From Vicugna vicugna (taxonomy: Eukaryota), in the NCBI GenBank assembly GCA_013265495.1, contig MU059330.1:14331980-14395979 (forward strand): 64,000 nucleotides of DNA, in the 5' to 3' direction. Numbering within the stretch: position 1 is the stretch's first letter; every line of letters begins with the position of its first letter. The position numbers and the translations under genes are program-made. This document shows positions 47,991 to 59,183 of the stretch, piece after piece. The notes under the pieces were generated by a model. That model was not told the DNA's origin. It saw nothing but the letters and a program-made list of their open reading frames with translations, and searched no databases.

Positions 47991-50220
47991 TTGTACGTGT
48001 AATAACGAAGTTACTGGTCACCTAACTGTTCCGTTTGAAGGACGAGGAGGCAGGCAGTGTGGACGTCCTGCTCAGCAGCTGGAAGCCCCGTCGGCCCCAG
48101 CGGTTCCACAGAGGGTTTCCTCGGGCGGCGGCCTCAGGGGCAGCTGGGATCCCTCAGACCAGAGGCCCCAGCGCACCTGGAGCTGCAGCCGCCCTGGGTC
48201 CCAGGAAGGGGGAGCGGCCCCGCCCTGGGCGCATGGCAGCCCCCTCTGGTCTATCACACATCCATTCATCCCTTCACTCATTCCTCCGTGTGCCCCTCTG
48301 GGTGCCCACGCACACAGGGCAGGCCGAGCCCATGTCCCAGTGGGTGGAGTGCACTGCCCCTGCCCTCGTGACCTCTGACAGCCTCGTCCTGCCCTGAGAG
48401 CGGAGATGCTGTGTCTCCTCTGGTGTCCCACATGCACTGGGGCGAATTCCATTGGGTGCACAGAGTGAAGCTGGTTCCAGGACAGACACCTGGGCCCTCG
48501 GGGAACACCCCGTCCACCCTGGGTCTCCTAGGGCTGGAACGGCCGATTCTGAGACCGTGGCTCCCTCTCCTCCTTCTTCCCCGGTGTGTCTGTGGCTTGT
48601 CCGACTCTGTCATTTGCAAGTTCCTCACACGTTTCCCTGTGGAACCTTCTGGGATTCAGTCTGCACCTCCGAAGGACCAGGGCTACGCGTGGTGCTGCCT
48701 CGCCCAGTGCCCCTGGGTCTTACTCCCTGGGCGCCCTGGAGGGGTTGCCCGGGGCGAGCGTTTTCCAGAGGCCAGTCCCCTCGAGTTTGGACAGGGTCCC
48801 CCGCCTCTGTCCCTCGGGACTAACCTGCTACTTTTGGGAAGATTGTGTGTGACTATGGTGGCCTCAAGGTCATAAACTGTAGAGCTGGGAGGGTCTGGGG
48901 CTCCCGCGAAGCCGGGGCTTGTCGGAGAGCATTCCAGGTCACGAAATGCAGAGAGCTGGGGGCCTCAGGGCCAGGTCCATGTTGTCCTGGCTGTGTGACC
49001 ATAAGCACACTTCCCGCCGGACCTCCCTGTGGGGTGGGAGCAGCCCTTCCCTCGCAGGAGCAGCCCTAGCTGAACAGAGTAAAACAGACTTGAAGCTCGT
49101 CCGTCTGTCTGTCCCGCCTCCCACTGCAATTGACCACGAGCTGCCTGAGTATGGCCGGGTGCATTTCTGGGGTGACCCACTGTGGAGGAAGATCCCGTCC
49201 AGTACTGGGCATTTGTGGTCGTCGTGGGAGGGCGAGGCTGGGGCACCGCCAGCAGCGCTGCTGGGTGACCTGCTCCCTGCTTCCTGGTGGGCCGGGTCCA
49301 CCATGCCTGCATTTGCAGAAAGAAAGCCCTTTCGTCCCCAGGGGCTGGAGCTGGCGCCCATGAGGCCGGGGTCGTGCTGGGGTTCCTACTGGCCAGGCAC
49401 CTCCCATCCCGTCCTACCCCAAGGGCCGCGTCCCCCGTCAGCTCCGGCCTCAGCTGTCAGCTGCCCAGGCCCCACTCGAATCACCTTGTGGTCTCCAGTC
49501 TTTGAGGAGCATCTTGGCCGTGGACTAAGCTGATGACGCCATGACCCCACCACCCACATCGCGCTGTGTGTCCAGTTGAGGTGGGTGGATGCCCTGCTTT
49601 GGAGGCAGACAAGGGACTGGACAGGCCCTTTGAGGTCCACACCCTGTGGCCTGGTGGCAGCTGGGGGTCAGAGTCTGTGAAGCCCTCTCTCTCAGCCTCA
49701 GCAGAGCCCCTGCCTTCCCAGCTGGGCCCCCAGGTCTGTGTCCCACATGCCAGCTCAGAGCCTGTGCGTTCCTGAAGCGGTCTTGGCGTGTGACTTTGAC
49801 TCTGTTTTCACATGGCGAGATTCCTGCTGAACCACAAAAGACCAGAGTTCATGCTCCCAGCCCTGGGAGGGGCTTAGCACACGCTCACACAGTCAATGCT
49901 TTGTAAAACCTGCAGAAGCAGGGCCTACCTGTGGGCAACGCTGCTGCCTCCTTCCACTCTGAGGGTCCCTGGCCAGGACTCGGGAAGCCCAAGGAGGGGG
50001 AGGGGCCATCGGCTCGGGGTGCCCCTGCCCAGCCTGGCCACCTTCCTAGTGGTACTGGACACGCGTCAGCGGCCCCAGGATGGTTAGGAGCACGGAAGTG
50101 GGTTCCAGCTCTGCCTTTGGCCAGCGTTTACGAAAGGAAAATTCGAAGTCAGGCCAACATAGACAACAATCCTGCTTTAGTCCCGGCCGGTGCTCTCCGC
50201 TCGGTGTCACACGTGCGTGC

Positions 50221-50345
50221 TGGTCCTGGTGCAGCCGCAGAGTGGGACCCCTGCTGCCCTGGGGCAGCCCTGGGACATGACCCCCGCTCCCATGGTCCTG
50301 GTGCAGTCACGGGACGGGACCCCTGCTGCCCTGGGGCGACAGGTC
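50221..50345. repeat. 72-bp-period direct duplication
   Basis: TGGTCCTGGTGCAG...GGGACCCCTGCTGCCCTGGGGC occurs at 50221 and again at 50293. Confidence 0.85.
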
Positions 50346-51829
50346 ATGGTCACTGCTGGTCCTCACAGGCTCAGGCCCACCTGCGGCCACCCCTGGCAGA
50401 ACTAGACCCGCCCCGTGGCCCAGCTGCCCTCTGACTTCGCCCCAGCTGGGAGGGTCCCACCTGGCGGACTCGATGGCCCCTGGGGACCTCCCACACCAGA
50501 GCCTGAACTCCCCGCGGGGCTCGGGAACCTTCCCTGCAGCACCACCTCTGGGAGACAGCCTCTGCCCCTGAGCTCAGTGGTGCAGCGTGTGGGGCTTAGG
50601 GTCTCAAGGGCTGGGCTGTAGAAATGCTCCTGCCTGCCCAAGGGACAGGTGCACAGGGCCACAGGCCCCAGCAACCCCAATCGCCTTCTGTTCTCCCCTC
50701 GAGGTGATGGAAAGGTTGAGAAGCTCCTGAGAGCCCAGATACTGGCCTCTCTGGGAAGCCGATCACCGAATGGTTTTCTGGGAACTGTTCCCACCGGGGC
50801 CCTCCCAGCCCCACCTCCCCTGGTGGCACCTTCCCGTCACAAAACCCAAGGCAGAGAAGGACTTCGTCCTTCCCTACAAGCAGCTTGCAGGGAGGCCTGG
50901 GCCCCACCCCAGAGCTCCGGGGCAGGGTCGCGGGGGAGCCACCCGCGCGGGCGCTCCACCTGCTCCTCCCTGTGTGGAAGTTCTCCTTTGCTTCACCCTC
51001 AGGCTGGGCTTCCAGGTGAGGCTGCTTCTGAAAAGAAGTTCCATGGGTTTTGAAGTCTGTAACCCCTGGATCAGATGAAGTGCTCCACCCGGAGAAATCC
51101 AGGTCCCGACTCCAGACCTCTCACCGGAGACGGGGCCACGCGGAGCGGCCGTCTGAGGAGGGGAGGCGCCCTCGGGGCTGCTGGGCGCTCACGTGGGGCG
51201 ACGGCTGCCGGCCGGTGAGTCGGCCCTGTCCCGGGGGTGGCCATGTCCGGGAGCTGGACACAAGGGGGAGCTGTCCCCGGGTGCACGTCCAACCCCAGGA
51301 ACTCAGACTCCCAGGGTCAAATCACAGAAAGGAGGAGAAGAGCTTCTCTTTCAGGGAGGAGCGTGGAGGGCCCGAGGGGCCCCGACGGAGCGCAGTCTGC
51401 TCGCCGCGGGGCGCCTCCCCCGGCAGGGATCCAGGCCTGGCGGCCCCACATGGGCAATTCCACCTCAGAAGCCACACGTTCCTCCGCTGTCGTGTGTCGA
51501 GTATGTCACCCAGGCTTCTGCCCACAGCTTCAGTCACCTGCGTTTCCTCTGCGACCAGAACCTTCTCTCCTGTCGCCCGGGCCGTCCTCCATGACTGTCT
51601 CCCCCACGTGAGCAGCCGTCTGTCTCCACGACCCGCTTCCTTGCGGCTGAGCACGGCTCCCTGTCTCGCGCCCGCGCTCTGACTCGCACCAGGAGGCCTT
51701 CCTCTCCCGCCTCCTGACCGCCCAGATTCCCCAGGAGGAGCCGCAGGTTGGACAGGGGAAGGTGGCCACAGAGACCGCCGGCCCGGGCTCTGGGCAGGTC
51801 CCAGCTTAGGACGTTTTCTGGATGTAAGT

Positions 51830-52680
51830 GATACTTCAGTGAGAGAGAAGGAAGGTTTCCATGAATCAACAAGCAGATGCTGGAGAATAAGGGTTTCCTG
51901 TCACAAATGGCAAGTCAGGAGGCAGAGAAGGAGGCTTTGTCCTACAAGCGGCAAGTGAAGAGACAGGAGGAAAAATTCCAGCCGCGAGTGATGACACACT
52001 CGGGAGAGGATGGGGATTTCAGGCACGAGCGACAACAGGTGGCACAGAGAAGGCGCCCAGTCATAAAGGAGCGGTCGGACGAGAGCAAAGAACGGATTCC
52101 AGCCACAAACGCAGCTCAGGTGAGAGGGAAGACGTCGCTGTCATAAATGGTAGTTCAGGCGGCAGGAAGATCTCTCGTCACACGTAACCAGCGTGACGCA
52201 GGAGAGCGCTTTCCATTTACAGCTGACTATCCAGGCGAAGGAGAACGCCCCGCGCGCGAAGGGAGACCGGGTGCCGGCGGGCGCTTCCAGTTACAACCAG
52301 TGACGCAGGATAAACGGGGTTCCCATCATAAGTCACAACTCAGATGGGAGGAAGTGCAAGGTTTTCGGTCAAAAATTATAACTCAGGTGATAAGAAAAGA
52401 ACATTCCACCTATACAGACGAACTCATAGGACAAAGAAGGTTTCCAGTTATAAATGGTAAGTGAAGTCACAGAGACGCAGCTTCCAGTCACAGTCACTCA
52501 CATGACAGAGAAAGAAAGGTTTCGAGTCACAAACAACAACTCAGGTGACGTGGAAAGAAGGCTCCTGTCGTAGCGCAGCAGCTCAGGTGACAGCGAGAGA
52601 CGGTTCCAGTCACCAGTGTCGGCTTGGGTCACAGGGAGCGAAGGTCTCAGGCATAAATGACACAGCGACCCGGAGAGAAG
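51830..52680. repeat. Degenerate tandem array with a ~38-42-bp period, about 20 copies
   Basis: GGTTTCC-like anchors recur at 51854, 51892, 51933, 51973, 52014, 52052, 52094, 52133 ... 52439, 52518, 52560, 52602. The approximate consensus is CAACTCAGGTGACAGAGAAAGAAGGTTTCCAGTCACAAAT. Confidence 0.8.
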
Positions 52681-54469
52681 GTAGCCGGCCTCACGCCCCG
52701 CGGCCCCGCCTGCGCTCCTGGCTGTGCCGCCCTCTCCTGCAGTCGGAGACTGCGGCTCCCTGGGGCCGGGGCCGCGCTCACCGCGGACCCAGCCACACGT
52801 CTCCATCCAAACTCCGCCGGGCTCTTTGCTGCCGCCGATGCAGATGTGCCACTAGCCGTGTCCTCCTGTCCTCCGGCGGAAGTTTCCCAACCATCTTCAG
52901 TGCCCCTCCCTGCCCTTCCCACTCCCCAGACGCGACGCGCACTGCAGGGGTCCTACCACACGTCTCCACCTGCTCTAACGCCACCTTGTCCCCCAGGGTG
53001 CTGCGTGTCCCACCAGGGCCCTCCAGGAGTTAGTGCCAACCTCCCCCTGACAGCCGGCCTCTCTGGGCTCACGCCTCCTGGTCGAACCTGGGGCAGGCTT
53101 TCTGTGCTCACCAGACCCGGCCAGACTGCCAGGGCCGTGGTCACCTTCCACCGTTAGCCCCTCAGGTCCGCCCCCGGCCCACAGAGGCACCTTCCTCCCA
53201 GTGGCCCCAGGCAGGACCACACTCCTCTGTGCATCGACTGTCCGGTCAGGGACGTCCACGGTCCTCCCATGGAGCAGAGGGTAGGTTTGCCTCCCACTGG
53301 CAGGAGACTAGGTCTCCCCAGCCCAGAGTCTGCAGCCCTGACGGCCACCAGCATCCACCTGAACCCTGCCCGTGGCCCCATGGGATGTGGGGACACAAAG
53401 AACAAAGGCCGTGCTGTGCACGACGAAGACCTTCGTCTTTCACCCGGGAGCCCCGTGTTCCCTGCAGTGTCCACGACGTATGTGCTCATGACAGTGCCGA
53501 GTGCTTCCAGGGCCTCCCTCCCCCAGCACGGGCTCCGTTAACACGCCATCCTCGGGCGGACAGTCCAACCCGCGGGGTCCACGCGGTGGTCTGACGGCTC
53601 CTGCTGCCCAGGCCCGCTTCCCCTGCTTGGAGCACTCTCTGCACGGCGGGGGGCGGACACCGTCCCTGGCGGGGGGAGGGGCAGGCAGCGCGGCCAGGAG
53701 GAGGCCGGCTCGTGCAGTGGGGGTGTGCCAGCCAGAGGTGGGGGAAGGGCTCGGGAAAGTCAACGGAGAGGCAACGGGACGTGGAGCGGAGGCTGATCCT
53801 AAGTCACCCGGATGCCCTGCACGCAGAGGAGGACAAGCTGCGAGCGGTTAACAACTGACCTCCAAGGAGCGTGAGGGCCAGAGAGCCTCTGGACACTCAG
53901 AGGAGTGCCTCTTGGGTGGCAGAGAGAAGACACACAGAGAATTCCTGGGTGGAGCAGCTCAGCTCGAGACAGCACAGTGTCGGCCAAGAGGCAGGTCAGG
54001 GCCCTGGGGCACCCTGGACCGTGACCCAGGAACAGGATGTCTGAGCAGGGCCCCGACATAACCCCCCTGACCTGTCTGAACCTCTGAGCCTGCAGAGGTA
54101 CCCCCACTCCCCCTAACAGGGATTAAGCAGCACAGCCCATCTGGGGACCTGCCGGCCCCCTCAGAGGAGGGAAGAGGCCACACCCCAGCTGAACTGCAGG
54201 AGGGAACAGCCCCGGCCAGACTCTGGGGCGTCACCAAGGGGCTGTGAGCATTCAGAAACTTCGGGCACGTTCTCGGGACACAGGACCCCATCCCCACAAA
54301 GACCCAGGGGTGAAGAGGCCCAGAGACCCCAGCACGGCTGCATGGAGCCGGTGAGCAATTTTTAAATAAAGCTCAAAGCACTTGGGAGAGATAAGAGAAT
54401 CAAACTGAAAATTCTGGGGAAAAAATTTTAATACTTAAAAAGTTCTATAACAAACAGTAACACGTTCTT

Positions 54470-54568
54470 TTAAAAATGTGTACACAACACTAATCCGGAA
54501 TTTATTTTGCCATGAGATAAAAGCAAAACAACATTCTGCAGAGCACACCAGTTATTGACTAGTTTATT
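54470..54568 (-). terminator. TRIP13: TRIP13 polyadenylation region with two AATAAA signals
   Basis: Plus-strand TTTATT at 54563-54568 and 54501-54506 are minus-strand AATAAA. The distal one is followed on the minus strand by GU/U-rich GTGTTGTGTACACATTTTT. The implied 3' UTR is about 750 nt. Confidence 0.7.
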
Positions 54569-55250
54569 CTACACCCGCTGAGAAGGTGCGTCTTCATTTG
54601 AGCCGAGACCGCTGTCACTGAACAAGCAAGTCGGGGCGTCCCCGTGATGCTCCCGCGCTGACCGCCAGGGAGGCCGCCCCAGGCCAGCCGCAGCTCTCCC
54701 ACAAACAGCACCGCGTCTGCTTCCTGCGGAGAACACTTGACCTAGAATTTGTTCCTCGATTTCTGTAACACAGGAACGGGCTTTTCTTATTCATCAGACA
54801 GCCCCCAAAACGCCTGCGCTGAACACACACGCTCACGGGAGGAAGGGCCGCCGCCCTGTCTGGCGGGACGTGCACGGGTTCAACGCTGTGATCACGCTCT
54901 TATCTGGGACGACACAGTCTCCCCTCTGCTCACGTAAACCTGACATCAGCCATCTTTTCTAAGCAAAACCTGTCAGCACTCTGGGTCCAATCACGGAGGC
55001 AGGATCCAGGACAGCCCTCCACAGAGCTCTGTGGTCCTCTCTCAGAACAGCAGAACGACAGGCTGCTCGTCTGCTAACGCGCACTTAGAGCTACGAGGAC
55101 ACAACGCGCTCCGTGAGCACCCCGGCCTGTGGGTGTCCAGCCTGCAGGTCCCAGCCGTGGGCTCGGAGTCTCCCAGGGCGGCTGGGCCACGAGGGAAGCG
55201 ATGCTGCTTCCTAGCTGTGAGCTCACCGAGAACGTGGGGGGGAACTCCGG

Positions 55251-55346
55251 TCACATGCAAGAGGAGAGCTTCTTTCTCTCCTCAAACTGCTTGTCCACTG
55301 CCAGAGACAGGGCCTGGAGGAAGCCCTCGATGGTGACGGTGGGGGC
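55251..55346 (-). CDS. TRIP13: TRIP13 last coding exon (APTVTIEGFLQALSLAVDKQFEERKKLSSCM-stop)
   Basis: CAG acceptor at 55349-55347 and TGA stop at 55253-55251. The peptide matches the TRIP13 C-terminus except for the last residues. Confidence 0.96.
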   Translation of the reverse strand, partial: APTVTIEGFLQALSLAVDKQFEERKKLSSCM

Positions 55347-55650
55347 CTGGAAAGACAGATAGCATCGTGGAGGTCCTGGCGCTCGGCAGGGCCGCCCGGC
55401 AGCACCCACCCACCCAGCGCGAGCACCTGAGGAGGCAGGGAGGCCTGGACGTGAGCCCTCGATGTGCCAAAGGACGTGGGCAGGCACCCGGCCCTGCCTC
55501 CCGCTGCCTGAGGAGCCCGTCACATTAGAAACAATGAAATGAGGCAGAAGCCCCAACGGTGGCAAGTGGGGCTCAGTGAGGCCACATCCTGCCGGACAGA
55601 ACAGGCGGTGGTGAAGCAGGGCCCAGAGCAGAGAGCGGCTGGGGGCTCAC

Positions 55651-55720
55651 CTGAATGTACAGCGCGTGAGCCAGGAAAGGGAGTTTTCTCAGGACCCGAC
55701 CGCTGAGGCCTTCGCTCTTC
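55651..55720 (-). CDS. TRIP13: TRIP13 exon 12 (KSEGLSGRVLRKLPFLAHALYIQ)
   Basis: CAG acceptor and GTGAG donor, 70 nt. It contains the sensor-2 region GLSGRVLRK. Confidence 0.96.
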
Positions 55721-56391
55721 CTGTGAAGGTAACCAGCTTGGGGACGTCAACACCACACGGACAGCCACACGTGTCATGACTAGTCCCTGATGTCCCTCCC
55801 TGACAGCCCCTCACGGGGGGCTGGTCTCCCGCAGGCCGCAGCCACTGCTCCCGGAGGGACGGGGTCCTCGCTGCCCTGACACCGTGCACGGCACAGGATG
55901 AAGGGGGTACCCAGCTGGCACTTGGGTTCCCCAAGAAACCAGGCTGGTTCAACGTCTTGAAGAATTTTTGCACAAGTCTCTGAACCGTTGTCCTCTGTCC
56001 CACCACAACAACTTTAAATCTCTTCAACAGACAGTACCTGTGAGCCCAACCCCCACCCAGCATCACCACCTGAGGTCACCCGCACACACAACGCCCGCGG
56101 CCTTCCTGAATTCTCCCCAGTTTATCCAAATTCTAACTGTCTTTCAAGGCTCTGCTCCATTTCGGGCCTTCCCTTCCCCACCTGTGGATCACAAGGACAC
56201 CTGAGAGCCTGAAAGTGCCACCAGCCTGGGCCTCGAGCTCGTGCACCTGGGACTCCTGGTGCTCACATGTCTCTCTGTGTCCAGGCAGCAGGACCAAACG
56301 CTTTCCTCTTTCCCAAAGCACCAAGCTCCTGCCCTAACTGTTTAACTGTTTACTCTGCTTGGCAAAGCAAAAGCGTCCGTTTCTAATGAAC

Positions 56392-56575
56392 TTTTTTTAG
56401 CTTGGTTTTTTTCCTTACACTTTTTTGGGGCAGGGGTAATTATTCTTATTAACTTTGCTCTTATTTGTTTGTTGTTTGCTTGCTCATTTATTTGCTTAAT
56501 GGAGGTACTGGAGATGGAAGCCAGGACCTCGTGCGTGCTGAGCGTGCACCTCTACCACTGAGCTACACCCGCCCC
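56392..56575 (-). mobile_element. tRNA-derived SINE, camelid-type, in TRIP13 intron 11
   Basis: The reverse complement reads GGGGCGGGTGTAGCTCAGTGGTAGAGGTGCACGCTCAGCACGCACGAGGTCCTGGCTTCCATCTCCAGTACCTCCATTAAGC followed by an A-rich tail. Confidence 0.85.
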
Positions 56576-56871
56576 TACAAGATTCCATTTTCTTTTCTTG
56601 CCAACAAACACTGCCTAAGGCAGCACGAGGGCCTTACTCTGAACGCCTGGCACGTCTTCATTGTCCACCAGGACCTCCGGGAGGGTGCTGACCTCTGCCC
56701 TCCGGTCCAGGAGTGCAGGGTTGGAGGTGAGGCGCTTTCGATGCGTGTGTGACGCCCTGGGAGCCAAGCCCTGTCATGTGACCCCTAACCACCCCCGCTG
56801 CCATGCGCAGTCACAGCTCCCCGATGCCAAGGCAAACGGCTCCTCCCGGTGACAGGGCGCCCCGCACACAC

Positions 56872-56984
56872 CTCGAGATCTCGCTCAGGAGGAGGCTCAG
56901 CTTGGACACGTTGTTCTCGATGAACCCGATCATCTCCAGCTCACGGAGGGTCAGCAGCTGCTGGCGGGGGTATATGATCTGACA
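56872..56984 (-). CDS. TRIP13: TRIP13 exon 11 (CQIIYPRQQLLTLRELEMIGFIENNVSKLSLLLSEIS)
   Basis: CAG acceptor and GTGTG donor, 113 nt, in frame with its neighbours. Confidence 0.96.
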
Positions 56985-58171
56985 CTGTGGGGACAGGGGC
57001 GTGTCAGCCACAGGGACAGCACTCAGCAGGCAAGTACACGTCTTGCCACGCCTCAGAAAGGCAAACAGGGCTGCCGGACCTGCGGGCTCTCACCTCCACC
57101 CCAGCGGCTGCTTCTGAGAGAGATAAGAATGCAGAGAGCAAAACGCGTCTCAGAAACACAGCGTCTCAGCCTCCTCCACGCGGCCCGAACCACAAGCCAG
57201 GCAAGGAGCTCAGCAGCTGAGCGCGGGCTGGTAACCAGCTCCAGTGACGTGTCACAACCCAGGACGGGCAGAGGGCCCTGGAGCCGGGACCTGGCCAGCC
57301 TCTCAAGGAGGGTCTCTTTTCACTGCTGTCCAGTTCAGATTCTTACTTGGGGGACCGAAAGCCTCCAGCTGACACGAACCCGGGTCTTCGCGTTCACCTC
57401 ACAGACCACGTGTCTGCACGCTGGACGCCCTCCCGGGTGCCCATGCTGCCCACTACTGATGCATCCAGCACAGCCGTGGGCTCAGGAGCCAGGAGAGGAG
57501 GAGGAAGGAGCAGCCTTCTCTGCACCTGTTTAGCTTTGGTGACGGTTGCAAGGAGAACTAAGCAACAGGGTTTGTGCCAGGGGACTTCTGACCTCCCATC
57601 TGACTCAGTGACACTCCTCAGGCCTCTGCAGCCTCCCCGGACAGCCCTCACGGCCCCTCTCGTGACACAAGCCATCCGCAGGCCCTGGCAGAACATGGGC
57701 CACAGTCACAGGCCAACAGTCTTCAGGACCGGCCAGCCTCCACCGCGACATCCTGCCGTCTAATTCCCTATAACCCGTCAGACTGAGAAACGACCCCACC
57801 CACACGCTCAGCTGCCAGGTGAAGCCTGCATGCACGGCTCCCGCTCAGCACACCCTCTAGGCACAGCATAGTGTGCGGCGCGGAGGGGAAGCCTGGCGCC
57901 CCCAGCGGGCGCGGCGCTGCAACATCTCCGCCGATCACGTCAGAGCTCCACCAGCCCCACCCTTCTCTCCATGGCACAGGAAAGCAGGACGCGGCGTGCA
58001 CGCCAGGGCAGTGCACTCTGGGCTGAGACTAGCTCCTTCCCCCATCAGAGGCTGTCATCCTTGCAAGGATGTGGGGGCCCAGACTGTGAAGTGACTGAGT
58101 CACTGCCACTGTGCCCTTGACGCTGCCAGAACATGGGGCCACAGAGACACCAACGCTGAAGCCGACAACTG

Positions 58172-58655
58172 CCCTGTGAGCTGTGACCCCCAGTCCAGTG
58201 ACTGTCCTGTGAGCTGTGACCCCCCAGTCCCGTGACCTCCCTGTGAGCTGTGACCCCCCAGTCCCGTGACCTCCCTGTGAGCTGTGACCCCTAGTCCAGA
58301 GACCTCCCTGTGAGCTGTGATCCCCCCAGTCCCGTGACCTCCCTGTGAGCTGTGACCCCCCAGTCCCGTGACCTCCCTGTGAGCTGTGACCTCCCAGTCC
58401 CGTGACCTCCCTGTGAGCTGTGACCCCCCAGTCCCGTGACCGCCCTGTGAGCTGTGACCCCCCCAGTCCCGTGACCTCCCTGTGAGCTGTGACCCCCCTG
58501 TGAGCTGTGACCCCCCCTAGTCCAGTGACCTCCCTGTGAGCTGTGACCTCCCAGTCCCGTGACCGCCCTGTGAGCTGTGACCTCCCAGTCCCGTGACCTC
58601 CCTGTGAGCTGTGGCCCCCCAGTCCCGTGACTGCCCTGTGAGCTGTGACCCCCAG
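58172..58655. repeat. Minisatellite with a ~34-bp unit (CCTGTGAGCTGTGACCCCCCAGTCCCGTGACCTC), about 15 copies, in TRIP13 intron 10
   Basis: Directly visible near-perfect tandem copies, with C-run length variation and one truncated unit. Confidence 0.97.
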
Positions 58656-59029
58656 TCAGGAGAACCCCGTGGACCAGGACCACCATCCTTCTCCTCCTTT
58701 CAGGGGAGGAAATGGAGGCCAGAGAGCAGGCTACTTGCAAAGGCCGTGAGGACCAGGAGTGCCCGCACCCTCCACTCGTCATCCACAGACTGGCAGCTCA
58801 AACAATCATGAGGATCATTTTGTCTCAAAAGAGCAAAACTGAGTCAGCGGCCACGATTTCAGCTCAACCTGTGAGGTACAACAGCAGCAGTGTCCAGCCT
58901 AACAGGACAGCTGATGCCACGCTGGGGCACTTCACTCTGTATTAGAGCCGGTATTTTAAACTACGCTGGTGAGTTAAGAAAATTTGGGGAATCTAACCGA
59001 TTAGGAGAGTCAAAAAGAAATCAAGGTAC

Positions 59030-59183
59030 CTTCATCAGCTCTTCCACGCAGGAGAGGTAGATTTTGAAGATGGCTGCTGCAGAGGGCGGCCCAATGTACT
59101 GCCTGATGTCTGCCCTGTCCACGAAGGCCACATCGATCCTCTCCGTGATGTTGGAGGTGGTCAGGATCACCACGTTGGAGTGC
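59030..59183 (-). CDS. TRIP13: TRIP13 exon 10 ([51 protein letters not shown])
   Basis: CAG acceptor and GTACC donor, 154 nt. It encodes sensor-1 (TSN) and the arginine-finger region (DRAD). Confidence 0.97.

Noticed and set aside
54365-54370. Plus-strand AATAAA suggesting a transcript convergent with TRIP13
   Set aside because: There is no GU-rich downstream element and no upstream exon evidence. It is likely chance in an AT-rich patch.
55254-55265. C-terminal SSCM as a CAAX prenylation signal
   Set aside because: The Cys is at position -2, not -4, so it is not CAAX, CC or CXC.
58172-58655. CRISPR-like array
   Set aside because: The units are contiguous with no unique spacers and the context is a eukaryotic intron. 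It is a minisatellite. The same applies to 51830-52680.
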